Source of the DNA: Candidatus Marinacidobacterales bacterium
Lineage (GTDB): Bacteria; Acidobacteriota; Vicinamibacteria; Marinacidobacterales; DATDRI01
Direction: 5' to 3'
Assembly: GCA_965219415.1 (NCBI GenBank)
Contig: CBDCNP010000002.1
Coordinates: forward strand, 2,208,001 to 2,272,000
DNA length: 64,000 nucleotides
The first letter of the stretch is position 1, and each line of letters begins with the position of its first letter. Both the position numbers and the translations under genes were made by a program. Positions 39,395 through 50,055 of this stretch are shown in pieces. A model generated the notes under the pieces. It was given only the letters and a program-made list of their open reading frames with translations, was not told the DNA's origin and did not search any database.

Positions 39395-40616
39395 TGACGA
39401 ATTCGAGGCAAGCGGCAGCCTCTCTGAGAGCGCTTTCGACGGCGGCGAGAGTTTCGGCGCGGGCAAATATGAAACCGAGATAACTGGAGCCTTCCGGGAG
39501 GGGCGCCAAGATCTTGCCGAGGTGTGAGGTGATCGTCACCTCTTGAACTCCGGAAACCGCCTCCGCCTCTCTCTCCCCCCGGACGCCTTTGAGAACGCCC
39601 GCCTGAGGAATCGGCATCATCATGACACCGGATGCAACGGACTCGCGGGTTAGTGTACTGACATCCATCCCCAATGCGTGCCGAAGAAGCAACTCCTCGA
39701 GCGAAAACCCCACACCGAACCTGAGCGACCGAGAACAAAGCCCCCCGATGGATCGCCCGGCGATCTCGATGACCCACACCCCCTCGGAGTTCAACCGAAG
39801 CTCGGCGTGGATGGGTCCCTCTCGAAGCCCTAGTGCCTCGGCCGCTTTTGCGGTGGTAGCCGCGATCGCAGATTGACGTCCCTCGGACAATCTGGACGGG
39901 GTCACGTAAATCGTTTCTTCGAAGAAAGGCCCCTCTAACGGATCGGGCTTGTCGAAGAGAGCGAGCACTTTGAGCTCTCCCCCAGTCATGACTCCCTCGA
40001 GGGCGACCTCGACACCCGATACGTAGTCTTCGACCAATATCTGGCGAGCCAACGGCCCGCCACGACGCACTAGATCGGGGTCGCGAAGAATCGCTTTTAA
40101 TCGTTCGAAAGCCGAAACGAATTCATGTTCGTCATTGGCGCGCATCACACCGCGGCTCGCCGCAAGGAAGACGGGTTTCAAAACACACGGGTATCCGACA
40201 CGGCTCGCTATGTCCTCTGTGTCATCGGCTACCGCAAAGAGCCGGTGGGCGGGAACGAGCACAGCTCCCGAGAGCATTTCTCTCATCACATGCTTCAAAC
40301 GGGTCGCGGTGGCGGCCTGGGGAGAATTGTGGGCGAGTCCGACCGCCTGCGAAATGGCAGCCGCTATGACTGCGGTGTCCTCGTCGACCGAGACCACCGC
40401 CTGGAAGGGGTAGTCTCGAGAGAAAGAAAGGGCTTTTTCCGCCGCCGAGTCCGGGTCCAGGAAATCGACGGTAAGTAGCGAGCCCGGCTCTCGGCCCTCC
40501 ATCGTGCTGGGTTGCTCGGAGACGACCACCACCTCCACACCGAGCCTCCCGGCCGCCGCCATGAAATCATGGGTACGGTAGGTATTGGTGGGCAACAAAA
40601 GGAGTACGCGAGGCAT
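39363..40616 (-). CDS. ATP-grasp ligase (L-amino-acid ligase-like)
   Basis: GYPCVLKP, ASRGV, LVEDYVSG.EVALEG, FDKPDPL.GPFFEET, HAELR, IEIAGRSIGG. Confidence 0.88.
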   Translation of the reverse strand: MPRVLLLLPTNTYRTHDFMAAAGRLGVEVVVVSEQPSTMEGREPGSLLTVDFLDPDSAAEKALSFSRDYPFQAVVSVDEDTAVIAAAISQAVGLAHNSPQAATATRLKHVMREMLSGAVLVPAHRLFAVADDTEDIASRVGYPCVLKPVFLAASRGVMRANDEHEFVSAFERLKAILRDPDLVRRGGPLARQILVEDYVSGVEVALEGVMTGGELKVLALFDKPDPLEGPFFEETIYVTPSRLSEGRQSAIAATTAKAAEALGLREGPIHAELRLNSEGVWVIEIAGRSIGGLCSRSLRFGVGFSLEELLLRHALGMDVSTLTRESVASGVMMMPIPQAGVLKGVRGEREAEAVSGVQEVTITSHLGKILAPLPEGSSYLGFIFARAETLAAVESALREAAACLEFVISPPSEGDQG

Positions 40617-40648
40617 AAAGCCGCATCACGGCAAGGGGGCTCGAGAAG

Positions 40649-41005
40649 CTATTTACGGTGAAAGTACGTGTCGGTGCCGTCGAGCCAATCGTGCCGAATG
40701 GGACTGAAGATGTCCACGTCCACCGTATCCTCGAGCGCCTCGGCGCGGTGCGGGACGTTGGGAGGAATGACCACGAACTCGCCGGGTCTTACCGTCACTT
40801 CCTCCTCTGCTTCACCGATCCAGAGACGGAGTGCTCCTTCCATGATGTAGGTGATCTGCTCCGCCTCGTGCGAGTGGGTCGGAACCACGGCGTCTTTCTT
40901 GAGCAGGACGCGAGCCATCATCTCGTTCTTGCCCATCACGATCTGACGACTAATGACCTCCGTCACCTTCTCGACGGGGACCCGATCCCAATTCAGCGGC
41001 TCCAC
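40649..41005 (-). CDS. Cupin domain protein
   Basis: PTHSHEAEQITYI and IPPNVPH metal-binding motifs; DIFSPIR. Confidence 0.9.
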   Translation of the reverse strand: MEPLNWDRVPVEKVTEVISRQIVMGKNEMMARVLLKKDAVVPTHSHEAEQITYIMEGALRLWIGEAEEEVTVRPGEFVVIPPNVPHRAEALEDTVDVDIFSPIRHDWLDGTDTYFHRK

Positions 41006-41593
41006 TCATTCCCCCGTTTGTAAACGGATCGTCTTGATGACGACGGCCTCGACGGGAACGTCCTTATAGGGCCCCTTGCTCCCTGTTTTGACCGTTCTTA
41101 TCTTGTCCACCACGTCCATCCCCTCGGTGACTTCCCCGAAGACCGTATAGCCATAATCCCGTGCGCTCGGTCCTTTGTAGTTCAAGAAAGTATTGTCCTT
41201 GACGTTGATGAAAAACTGCGACGTCGCGCTATGGATTTCGTTGGTGCGCGCCATCACGATGGTGCCGCGGCGGTTCTTCAAGCCATTCCCGGCTTCGTTC
41301 TTGATTGGCTCACCAACAGGTTTCTTCTGCATGTCGGCGGTAAACCCGCCACCCTGAATCATGAAGTTCGGGATGACACGGTGAAAAATGGTGCCGTCGT
41401 AGAACCCATCGTTGACGTAGGCCAGGAAGTTCTCGACCGACACCGGCGCTTTGCTCGGATTGAGACGAACCGTGATGTCTCCCTGGGAGGTCTCAATGAC
41501 CACGATCGGATCATCGGCTCCCTCCACAATGGTTCCGGAAGCCAATACCAGTACTAAGCCAAGCGACCCGAGAAAAAACCGACCGACGCCCAT
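41006..41593 (-). CDS. ppiA: Cyclophilin-type peptidyl-prolyl isomerase (exported)
   Basis: [40 protein letters not shown]. Confidence 0.93.
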   Translation of the reverse strand: MGVGRFFLGSLGLVLVLASGTIVEGADDPIVVIETSQGDITVRLNPSKAPVSVENFLAYVNDGFYDGTIFHRVIPNFMIQGGGFTADMQKKPVGEPIKNEAGNGLKNRRGTIVMARTNEIHSATSQFFINVKDNTFLNYKGPSARDYGYTVFGEVTEGMDVVDKIRTVKTGSKGPYKDVPVEAVVIKTIRLQTGE

Positions 41594-41660
41594 AAGCGCT
41601 TACCTCCTTTAGGGACGGGAAATCGCTGGTGTTACGCAGAACGAAGCCGAGTATGCCCGA

Positions 41661-42257
41661 TTACTCGACCGCTTGTCCAACCGGAGCACTGCCTCGGGCG
41701 AAGAGGCTCATTTGGACGGGCTGAGGAGCACCGTCGCGGAGTACTCCTTCGTGAACCAATAGCCAACGCTTGGCAGGCAGACCCCCTCCGTAGCCAGTGA
41801 GGGAGCCATCGGCGCCCACCACCCGATGGCAGGGTATGACCAAGGGAATCGGGTTAGCACCGTTGGCCGCCCCGACCGCACGGGAGGCAGCGGGGCTTCC
41901 CGCCAAGTGTGCGATCTCGGAGTAGGACGCAATCCGTCCAAACGGAATTCGAGCCACGCTAGACCAAACCACTTTCTGGAACGGGCTTCCGCGCAGGTCG
42001 AGGGGCAGATCGAAGACCCTCCGGTGGCCTTCGAAATACTGGTCCAGCTGTTGGACGACTTCCGCGTGAGCCGAGCCGCCCGGTAATGTCGATTGTAGTT
42101 GGGCCCCGGGGAAAACCCTCTGCATCCATCGGTCATACCGTCCTGGCCTCGAAGGCTCCTCTGGCAAAGCGATAGCCGCCAGACCAACGGAAGTGAATAC
42201 CAAGCGGAGAGTGCCCAACGGACTATCTAGCGTGGTTCGATAGATGGTCTCGCTCAT
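41661..42257 (-). CDS. ogt: Methylated-DNA-protein-cysteine methyltransferase
   Basis: GSPFQ, ASRAVGAANGANPIPLVIPCHRVV. Start moved to ATG 42257. Confidence 0.93.
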   Translation of the reverse strand: MSETIYRTTLDSPLGTLRLVFTSVGLAAIALPEEPSRPGRYDRWMQRVFPGAQLQSTLPGGSAHAEVVQQLDQYFEGHRRVFDLPLDLRGSPFQKVVWSSVARIPFGRIASYSEIAHLAGSPAASRAVGAANGANPIPLVIPCHRVVGADGSLTGYGGGLPAKRWLLVHEGVLRDGAPQPVQMSLFARGSAPVGQAVE

Positions 42258-42316
42258 TACGGTAGGCCAGCCTCCTAATAGCACGGCGGCCCCTAAAGTC
42301 AAAGTGGGAATGTTGA

Positions 42317-42730
42317 CTAGTACTCGAGCGCCTTGAGCATCGCTTCCCACTCCGCCTCGAGCTCGAAGAAGCCCTTCCCGAAAGCGGAGCGGGCGGCCGC
42401 ATCGATGCCGACTTTCTCGGCGCGCTGAAAGAAGCGACGCACGCGCTGCATTCCCTGCCTCTCGAAGAGGTATTGGACGAAAGACCCGATCAATTGGAAC
42501 CGGATTCCATCCGTGGCACGCTTCCCGGCCTGCTGGAGATTGTTTCGCGCACCGGCGGCACGCTGATGGAGGGAAGCTAGTGACCGGCTGGAGGACCAGA
42601 CGAAGGTTGCGAGATCTCGGCGAAGCCAATCCATATTCACCGGGAAACCCTGGGGGCCGCCGAGAACCGGCCCCAACACTCCTATCGAGATGGAGCCGGC
42701 GCCTCCCACTTTGTCTTCTCCTTGATCCAT
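42317..42730 (-). CDS. Hypothetical protein; resembles the C-terminal helical part of peptidase-MA-like proteins, possibly a fragment
   Basis: GSFVQYLFERQG...FG..F.ELEAEW pattern; no HExxH seen. Confidence 0.4.
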   Translation of the reverse strand: MDQGEDKVGGAGSISIGVLGPVLGGPQGFPVNMDWLRRDLATFVWSSSRSLASLHQRAAGARNNLQQAGKRATDGIRFQLIGSFVQYLFERQGMQRVRRFFQRAEKVGIDAAARSAFGKGFFELEAEWEAMLKALEY

Positions 42731-42977
42731 CAGGCAGATCCCTCCAGACCCAGACTTCGATTAATGCAATCCGCGTAGCAGAGCTAGCCGGGCACGCATG
42801 GCTGTAACCCGCACATTAGACAGTGGGCTTCCCCGGCTGGTGCTCGCCGCGTCTACGACGAGTGTAAAATTTTTGTCCCCCCTCGCTCGATCGGTGCAAA
42901 GAGGTGGACACTTGCCTCGAGTTGGCCCTGGGTGTGAACCTCTGGAACGTCGCCCGACGAAGCACTAGACTGACCTT

Positions 42978-43616
42978 GTGGAACCGATCCTTGCCATCCT
43001 CTTCGACTGGGACGGTACGTTGCTGGATTCTTTCGCGGCTGGTTTCCGCGCGTCGATGGCGGTTTTTCGTCATTTTGAAATACCCGTCGACCGAGAGCGA
43101 TTCCTAAACACCTACAGCCCGAATTGGTACGACTCCTATCGCCAATTGGGATTGCCAGAGGCCAGATGGAACGAGGCCGACCAGATTTGGCTCGACAACT
43201 ACGGCAGGGAACGGCCCAAGCTCTACCCTTTCGCCGAGCGAACGGTCGAGACGCTCGGCCGGAACGGCTATACGCTGGGAGTCGTGACGAGCGGAACCCG
43301 GGAGCGAGTCACTAAAGAGCTCGAGCGCCACGGTCTAGCGGAGAGCTTTTCCACGGTCGTTTGCTTCGAGGACACGCAACCAAAAAAGCCGGATCCCGAA
43401 CCACTCCGAGTGGCACTAGAGCAACTGAATCGCCGGCCAGAGGAGGCGGCCTACGTGGGGGACAGACCCGAGGACATCCTCATGGGCAAGAAAACGGGCT
43501 CCTATAGCATCGGCGTTGTAAGCCTGTTCGGCAATCGGCGAGTGCTCGAAGAAGCTTCTCCCGATCTCATTCTTCCAGATGCTGGACACCTCCCTAGCCG
43601 CTTCGGTCCAAGATGA
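42978..43616 (+). CDS. HAD-family hydrolase (Gph/PpaX-like)
   Basis: FDWDGTL, VVTS, KPDPEP, YVGDRPED. Confidence 0.92.
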   Translation: MEPILAILFDWDGTLLDSFAAGFRASMAVFRHFEIPVDRERFLNTYSPNWYDSYRQLGLPEARWNEADQIWLDNYGRERPKLYPFAERTVETLGRNGYTLGVVTSGTRERVTKELERHGLAESFSTVVCFEDTQPKKPDPEPLRVALEQLNRRPEEAAYVGDRPEDILMGKKTGSYSIGVVSLFGNRRVLEEASPDLILPDAGHLPSRFGPR

Positions 43617-44086
43617 TTAGGCGCGAGACACCGCGGTTCATAGCCGACGCCATGGTCGGAAAGCTGGCCCGGTGGCTGCGTGCGCTGGGCGCGGACGTTC
43701 TCTACGATTCCTCACTGGACGACCACCACCTCGTGGCCCTCGCCCGCCGTGAGGGACGGGTGTTGCTCACTCGCGACGTACCTCTGGCCTCGGCAACCAA
43801 CGGGCCGGAGCGGCTCCTCATCGAGAGCGGCGACTTCCGTGAACAGCTGGTACAAGTAGTCAAGGCTTATCGACTCGATCCGAGGCGCCGGCGATTCAGT
43901 CGTTGCATCGACTGCAACACTCCTCTGGAGCCGGCGCTCCGGGAGGAGGCACGGCATCGAGTTCCACCCTATGTTTTTTCCACGCAGGCCCGCTTCTTGA
44001 GATGCGAACGCTGCGGCAAGATTCTGTGGGAAGGCGCCCATCGCCAACATATGCGACAGGTGCTCGAAGGGCTGTTCGCGGAGTGA
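43613..44086 (+). CDS. Mut7-C RNase domain (PIN-like + Zn ribbon) protein
   Basis: FIADAMVGKLARWLRALG, LLTRD, RCIDCN, C..C.KI.W.G.H. Confidence 0.9.
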   Translation: MIRRETPRFIADAMVGKLARWLRALGADVLYDSSLDDHHLVALARREGRVLLTRDVPLASATNGPERLLIESGDFREQLVQVVKAYRLDPRRRRFSRCIDCNTPLEPALREEARHRVPPYVFSTQARFLRCERCGKILWEGAHRQHMRQVLEGLFAE

Positions 44087-44095
44087 AAGGCTCTT

Positions 44096-45628
44096 TTACT
44101 GGAGCTCGTAGACTAGAACCCGAGCGGAATCCGCCGACTGAAACTCGGACGCAAACCGGAGACCGCTAGGGGCGAACTCCGGCGCCAGCAAGAACTGAAG
44201 CTCCGGTCTCGTTTCGGGAACATATCGATCGTCGATCACCAAGTGGGTCACAGATTCGCGTTTCCCGAAACGAAGCACCTCTTCCCAACTCCCAACCGGC
44301 GTCCGGATGTACTCCCCATCCGCGTAGAAGGCAACTTGCGGTTTTCGATCCATGATCCTTGGACGCGAACCCGCACGATCTCGAAGCCAAAGACCGGCCT
44401 CTCGATAACTCACGTTGGGATCCGATCTGTATAGCGGCCGCAACGTGAATGGGAGGAGGGTCATTATCGCTATGATGACTACCGACGCGCCGACCACACC
44501 CGGTCCCACGAACCAGAGCCGCTTCGAGAGCGCGGCTTGGACAAGCTCCACCCCGCGGCCGGCCAGAATCAACGCCACCGGAAGCAACGGGACGAAGAAC
44601 CGGGCATCGACATAGAAGAACAGGAGAATTGTGTAAGGCACCCACGAAAACAGGAGAAAGAACTCCTCCCATTTTCCCCCGAAACGAGTGAGCCCGAGCA
44701 CCACCAGGGCAATCATGACCGGGGGAAAGAGCTGGGGTAAGACGTACTTTTGAACCAGGTGCAGGTTCATTATCCACCGCTTGAGAAACACCAAGGGGTC
44801 CGCCAGCAGAGCCCCGGGCAGAGACGAAGGAGCTACCCCCTCATCCGCCGCTTCGACCCGATCGATGGCGCGAGTGAAATGAGTCTGACCGACCGCTTGA
44901 GAGATGAGTAGTGTGACCTTCGTCTTCCCCGTCAATCCCCCGACCTGCATGGCGTAGGGCAGGATGAACACTGCGACGCCGCCGAGGAAACAACCGATGT
45001 TCATAGCGGTAGTCGTTTTGCCCCCCGACTTAGTCCCCCAGACAACCGAACCGAGACAGACCACGACAAAGTAGGGCAAGTAGGTGATGATCTCCGGGCG
45101 GATTAGGTACCCCACGCCCAGCAAAGAGCCGGCGGTGAGAGACCAGAACCATTTCCTCCCCGTAAGGGCAAGCAGAGCCGCCAAAAAGAACAGGTTCAAC
45201 ACAAGGGTGAAGGTGGACGCCGTCAACACTTGCGTCGAGGCTTCGACCAAGGGCGGATAAAAGGCTGCCAATGAGACGGTGGCCAGTGCCACGGCGACAC
45301 CGTAGACACGCCAAGCCAGCAAGAAGAGTGGAAATATCAGCAACGAGCCCGTGACAACCGAGACGAGTCGCGCCGCGACCTCATAGTCGGCTACCACGTT
45401 CGATGTAATCCCGATGAGCGCCGGGTAAAGGGGCGGGAACATGGGGTTCGTCATCGAGCCCTCTTCCACCCATTCCCTCGCCATGTGAGCGTAGGCCACG
45501 CCGTCGGTCTCGATGCACTGCTGGTACGCCATGAGCCACACACGAAGCCCGATGGCAACAAGGAAGATCAGTACGAGAAGGCCCCAAGGATAGAAGGCGG
45601 GTGCGTGGTTCTGCGCTCTTTCGGTCAT
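44096..45628 (-). CDS. GT-C fold membrane glycosyltransferase (ArnT/PMT-like)
   Basis: DGVAY...A, PPLYP, LIRPE, RFFVPLLP; many TMs. Confidence 0.8.
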   Translation of the reverse strand: MTERAQNHAPAFYPWGLLVLIFLVAIGLRVWLMAYQQCIETDGVAYAHMAREWVEEGSMTNPMFPPLYPALIGITSNVVADYEVAARLVSVVTGSLLIFPLFLLAWRVYGVAVALATVSLAAFYPPLVEASTQVLTASTFTLVLNLFFLAALLALTGRKWFWSLTAGSLLGVGYLIRPEIITYLPYFVVVCLGSVVWGTKSGGKTTTAMNIGCFLGGVAVFILPYAMQVGGLTGKTKVTLLISQAVGQTHFTRAIDRVEAADEGVAPSSLPGALLADPLVFLKRWIMNLHLVQKYVLPQLFPPVMIALVVLGLTRFGGKWEEFFLLFSWVPYTILLFFYVDARFFVPLLPVALILAGRGVELVQAALSKRLWFVGPGVVGASVVIIAIMTLLPFTLRPLYRSDPNVSYREAGLWLRDRAGSRPRIMDRKPQVAFYADGEYIRTPVGSWEEVLRFGKRESVTHLVIDDRYVPETRPELQFLLAPEFAPSGLRFASEFQSADSARVLVYELQ

Positions 45629-45827
45629 GGAGCGTAAACTAACGACCAGCGTCTCTTGTTAGCCATCGACGAAGTGTCGGCTCGGGTCCGGCGAGATCGG
45701 ATCGGCCCGCAGGATTCGCTCTCTAGAAACGATTCTCTTTTAGGGAGTTCTAAGGCAGCTTTAACGGCTCGCGATCCCGGATGTCAACCTCTCGAACATC
45801 CGCGAATCATCCGGTACACTGTTTAAT

Positions 45828-46675
45828 GTGAAAACGGAAATCGACCCGTGCCCCCTGTGCGGTGAGCGATCCTCGCGACGCTCGCTTCGCGTCGGGAAAC
45901 TCGACCTATCGAAATGTCCAAGCTGTCACACGATGCGACGGCTCCCTTGGATGAGCCCCGAAGACATCGAACGGTTTTACCGAAACGAGTACGGTCTGCG
46001 CTTTCTACCGCGAGCGGACGCGGCCCGACGAGCCATGCTTGGACGCCTACTGGCCGGCCTTGGCGGTCCCCGGGGACGGAGATTGCTCGACCTCGGCGCG
46101 GGCAGCGGGCTCTTCGTTCGCATGGCGCTGGATGGCGGGTGGCGGGCGGAGGGCACGGAGCTTTCGATCCAGAGCCGAGCATGGGCGAGAGAGCACCACG
46201 ATGTCACGCTGCGTGATCCCGTGTCTTCGTCTTCGGACGCTGCCAGCTATGACGTGGTGAGCATCATCAACGTCCTCGATCAGACCCCCGATCCACTTCT
46301 GCTCCTGCGTCAGGCCCGTAAGGCGCTTCGCCCCGACGGCCTCTTGCTGGTGCGAGTCCCCAATGGCTCGTTCCACCTTCGCTGGGCCCGCCTTGCCTCT
46401 GTCCCGGGCTCAGAGGGTTCGCCCGCCTCGGGGTCGTGCATTCGTATGTCTTTACTCCACGGAGTCTTCGAAGCGTACTCCGGGCGGAGGGCTACCGAGT
46501 CCTAGGCATGCGAAACTCGAGGCTTGCGGAGGGGCCGTCCCCAGGCGCGTCGCCTAGTCCTCTGCTTCCGCTCTTGCTCAAGGCGGCGGCCTGGTTCGCC
46601 CGAGGGCCGCTGCTCTGGGGCCCTTCTCTGGAGGTCTACGCGAGCTCCGGAGGACGCCACCTCGACGCAAGTTGA
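45828..46675 (+). CDS. Class I SAM methyltransferase with N-terminal Zn ribbon; frameshift near 46405
   Basis: CPLCG, CPSC, LLDLGAGSG, VLDQ..DP, VPN; H...FTP.SL C-terminus in the next frame. Confidence 0.8.
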
Positions 46676-46700
46676 TATCACAACCTCGAAGGTGTAGCCT
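46672..46700 (+). promoter_or_regulatory. Putative sigma70 promoter (copy 1 of a shared motif)
   Basis: TTGATA-17 nt-TAGCCT; shares GGTGTAGCCTCGA with 49952-49964. Confidence 0.5.
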
Positions 46701-46749
46701 CGATGAAAAGCCAGGATTCATAACTCTCTGCTCGGATTGCGCGGAAAAA

Positions 46750-48695
46750 ATGACGAGAAAGCTTAGCCGTGACTTCGTCTGCCCTCAGTGTCACGGTGAA
46801 CTCAGACGATCGCGGGACCTTTTGCAATGCGGCAACTGCGACTCCGAGCACCCCTTCACGGAAAACATTCCCTGTTTCGCGATCGGCTCGAGCGCGTGGC
46901 AGCTCTCTTCCGACACGTCGCCCGAAGCCGTGTTGGCGCAAGCCAAAGAAAAAGGCTGGCGACAAAGTATTGCCGGGATGGGCAAGGATCGGGCCGAGTG
47001 GATAGCGGGCGACAATCGATCCACTTTGTCGGTTCTTTCATCTCCGAAGGGAAGAGTGCTCGACTGTGGGTGCGGTTGGGGGAGGCTTGACTTTTTGGCT
47101 CGTGGAGGAGTTCGATGAGGTACATGCCTTCGATTGCTCCTTGGATGGTCTTCAATTCATCCGGCTCCGGTCTGAGCAGGAGGGAATCTCCAACGTGAAG
47201 ACCGCCCAGGGCAATATCTTTTCGCTTCCCTACCCAAACGACTTCTTTGATGTGGTGGTTTTGAACGGCGTCCTGGAATGGGTGGGCACGTTCTCAGACG
47301 AACATCCTCCCGAGCAACTGCAAGAGACCGCGCTGAGAGAAATAGTGAGGGTTCTTCGACCACAGGGTACGCTTCTTCCTGGCTATCGAGAACCGATACG
47401 GGCTGCAATATTTCTTAGGGTACAAGGAAGAGCACACCGGGCTCCGATTCATTTCGCTATTGCCCCGGTGGCTCGCCAACGCCTACCACCGGATCCGACG
47501 GGGCAAGGACTTCCGGACTCTAACTCATTCCCGAGCCGCACTTGAAAGAATGTTGAGAAAGTGTGGCTTCGCGGAGATGACATGGCTGTTTGTACATCCC
47601 AGCTACCGGCGCACCCGTCTCGCCGCGACGCTAAATAGTCCGAGTGGATTGAAATTCTTGATCGGCCATTTCTTATTCGAAGAACCGCTTCTTCGAAGAT
47701 GGGTACCACGGTTTCTGATGGACGGCCTCCTTAAACTGGAAACGGTTCTCAAGTTGAGTGTCTTCTTCTCCCCGTCCTGGACCGTCTTCGCGTGTCCGAC
47801 TTCCCCATTGCGACTCGCTTTGCGGACTGGGAACGATCTCATTGAGCTCAACACCCCGGCGACCGATTTAGCGGTGGTTATAAATGAACGGAGAGCCAAC
47901 TTTTTTTCCGTCGAAGGGACGGGTGATCGCCTAACCGGGAAATACTCGCTCCCCGTCACGAGGAGCGCATCGCAGAAAACGCAAATCTCCTTCGCGTTCT
48001 GGGAGACGATCACCGAGCAACGGCCGAAGCTCAAAGAAAACTTCCCTCAGGCGTCGCTCTGGAAGGGGCGGCGGGGCTATTTCGATCACACCGTCGCCGC
48101 TACCGGCTCGGCGCTGAAACTGGACGATCCGGAACAGTTGAAGTGTTTCCACGCCCTCGCTCTCGAGTTGAGCCGCCTGTCCGTTCCTCAGCCGAGGGTC
48201 GAGGCCTTCTTCGCCGACTTCGACATACGAAACGCCTTGATGGAAAGAGCTGACGAGTTGGGCTTTGATCGGGCATTCCGGGAATCCCTGGACCGGCCGC
48301 AATTCATTCACGGGGACCTGAACGCCGGCAACATTCTCATATCTCTGAGCGGTTCCTTGCATGCGACGCTGATCGATCTAGAACATGCCAAGATTGGACC
48401 AGCGATCTTGAATTGGTACGACTTCCTCCTACGCAATTTTGTTATTGCCGGAGACAGGATTCCCTTGAGCTCGCAGACCGTAATCGATCGGTTCCGGAGG
48501 CTCCCAGGGATCTCAGAAAGCCAACCTCTCTTGAGCCACCTGACCGCGCAGTTCCTGAACGAATGTGAGGTTCCTATCGATCGGCACCACCAGTACGTCA
48601 CTCTGTACATGCACTACCTCTGCCAGGACCCGGTCGTCGACGATCCGGACAAGGCTCTCGAAGCCTTATCGGAGATGGAATTCTCCTTACAATAA
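46750..48695 (+). CDS. Trm112-like Zn finger + methyltransferase + APH-like kinase fusion; frameshifts near 47083 and 47373
   Basis: CPQC/CGNC; VLDCGCGWG, FDVVVLNGVLEW, LAIENRYG; HGDLNAGNIL and IDLE kinase motifs. Confidence 0.72.
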
Positions 48696-48702
48696 GAATC
48701 AA

Positions 48703-49911
48703 ATGAAGTCGACGATGAACGTGCTGATGGTCGCCGACGTCTCTCCGCTCCAACCGTCGGGCGGCTCGGCCCGCGTTGTGAAAGAGCAGACGTTAGGATT
48801 GTCTGCTCGGGGTCATTCTGTGACAGTACTCTGCCGACATCCAAGCGGTGAGCTCCCTCGTGGCAACTCCTTGAACGGGTCTTCCATCCTTCACTATCCG
48901 GTCAGTCGAACGGGCCCGCTGGCTTATGCCTCGAGCTCCATTCTCGGGGCGAGAGCGACCCTTCGGGAAAATCTCCTAGGCCGAGAATGGGACGTTGCCG
49001 TCTTTCACCAACCCTTCTCGGCTTGCGGCGTCGAACCGGTACTACCTTCGAGCCTCCCCCGTCTTTACTGCTTCCATTCTCCGGCCGGGGCTGAGTACCG
49101 GTTGAGGGCGGCGAATCCGAAAAATGGAAGAGCCTCGCTCGGGACAGGCGTGATCGCCGCCGCCCTTCGACGGCTGGAACGCCGTGCGCTCACGAGAAGC
49201 GATCGCATCGTCGTTCTCAGCGACTTCTCTCGGCGGCTCTTGCGTGAAACCCATCCGACAGTCACCGTTCCCGTGGTAGCCATCCCCGGCGGTGTCGATC
49301 TCCGCCATTTTTGTCCGCCTCACAATCGTATGGCACTGAGGGAAAAACTCGATCTTCCGACGAGCTCATTCCTGCTCCTGACCGTCCGCGATCTGGAGCA
49401 ACGGATGGGGATCGACACCCTGCTCCACGCCCTCACCCGACTCCCAGAAAATCGGCCGTTTTTTTGTCTCGTCGGTGGGACCGGTCCTCTCCGCGGATTC
49501 TTGGAAGAGTCGTCTAGGCGCCTGGGGCTGGAAGACCGCGTGCGCTTCCTGGGCTACGTTCCGGAGGACGAGCTCCCTCTCTACTATCAAGTGGCGGATG
49601 TATTCGTACTTCCCACCCGCTCCCACGAAGGCTTCGGTTTGGTTTCCGTCAAGGCGCTGGCAAGCGGCACGCCCGTTGTAGGCACACCGGCGGGAGCCAC
49701 GCCAGAAATCCTCGCCCCGCTGGATACTCGCCTGGTCGCATCGTCTTGCGAAGCGTCATCGCTAGCGTCCACGCTGGAAGCGGCCTTCCCGCTTGTCACC
49801 GACGAAGACTTCCGGCGGCGCTGTCGGACCTATGCGGAGACCCGTTATTCGTGGGAGCACCACTTGGAGACACTGGAAAAAGAGCTCTGGGCCGCACGAG
49901 AAAAAAACTAA
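48703..49911 (+). CDS. GT4 glycosyltransferase
   Basis: GT-B fold; ADVFVLPTRSHEGFGLV..ALASGTPVV. Confidence 0.9.
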   Translation: MKSTMNVLMVADVSPLQPSGGSARVVKEQTLGLSARGHSVTVLCRHPSGELPRGNSLNGSSILHYPVSRTGPLAYASSSILGARATLRENLLGREWDVAVFHQPFSACGVEPVLPSSLPRLYCFHSPAGAEYRLRAANPKNGRASLGTGVIAAALRRLERRALTRSDRIVVLSDFSRRLLRETHPTVTVPVVAIPGGVDLRHFCPPHNRMALREKLDLPTSSFLLLTVRDLEQRMGIDTLLHALTRLPENRPFFCLVGGTGPLRGFLEESSRRLGLEDRVRFLGYVPEDELPLYYQVADVFVLPTRSHEGFGLVSVKALASGTPVVGTPAGATPEILAPLDTRLVASSCEASSLASTLEAAFPLVTDEDFRRRCRTYAETRYSWEHHLETLEKELWAAREKN

Positions 49912-49932
49912 ACCCCCGCATCGTAGACCAGT

Positions 49933-49961
49933 TTGACGCCCCGAGTCGGAGGGTGTAGCCT
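49933..49961 (+). promoter_or_regulatory. Putative sigma70 promoter (copy 2 of a shared motif)
   Basis: TTGACG-17 nt-TAGCCT. Confidence 0.5.
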
Positions 49962-50055
49962 CGAACGGAAAGCCCTCAAAGACATTTTCGGAGCAATCAT
50001 CCGCCGTTTCCCGACGGAAAACGGGAGAGGCGCATGGGTCTGTCCTGATGAGAAC

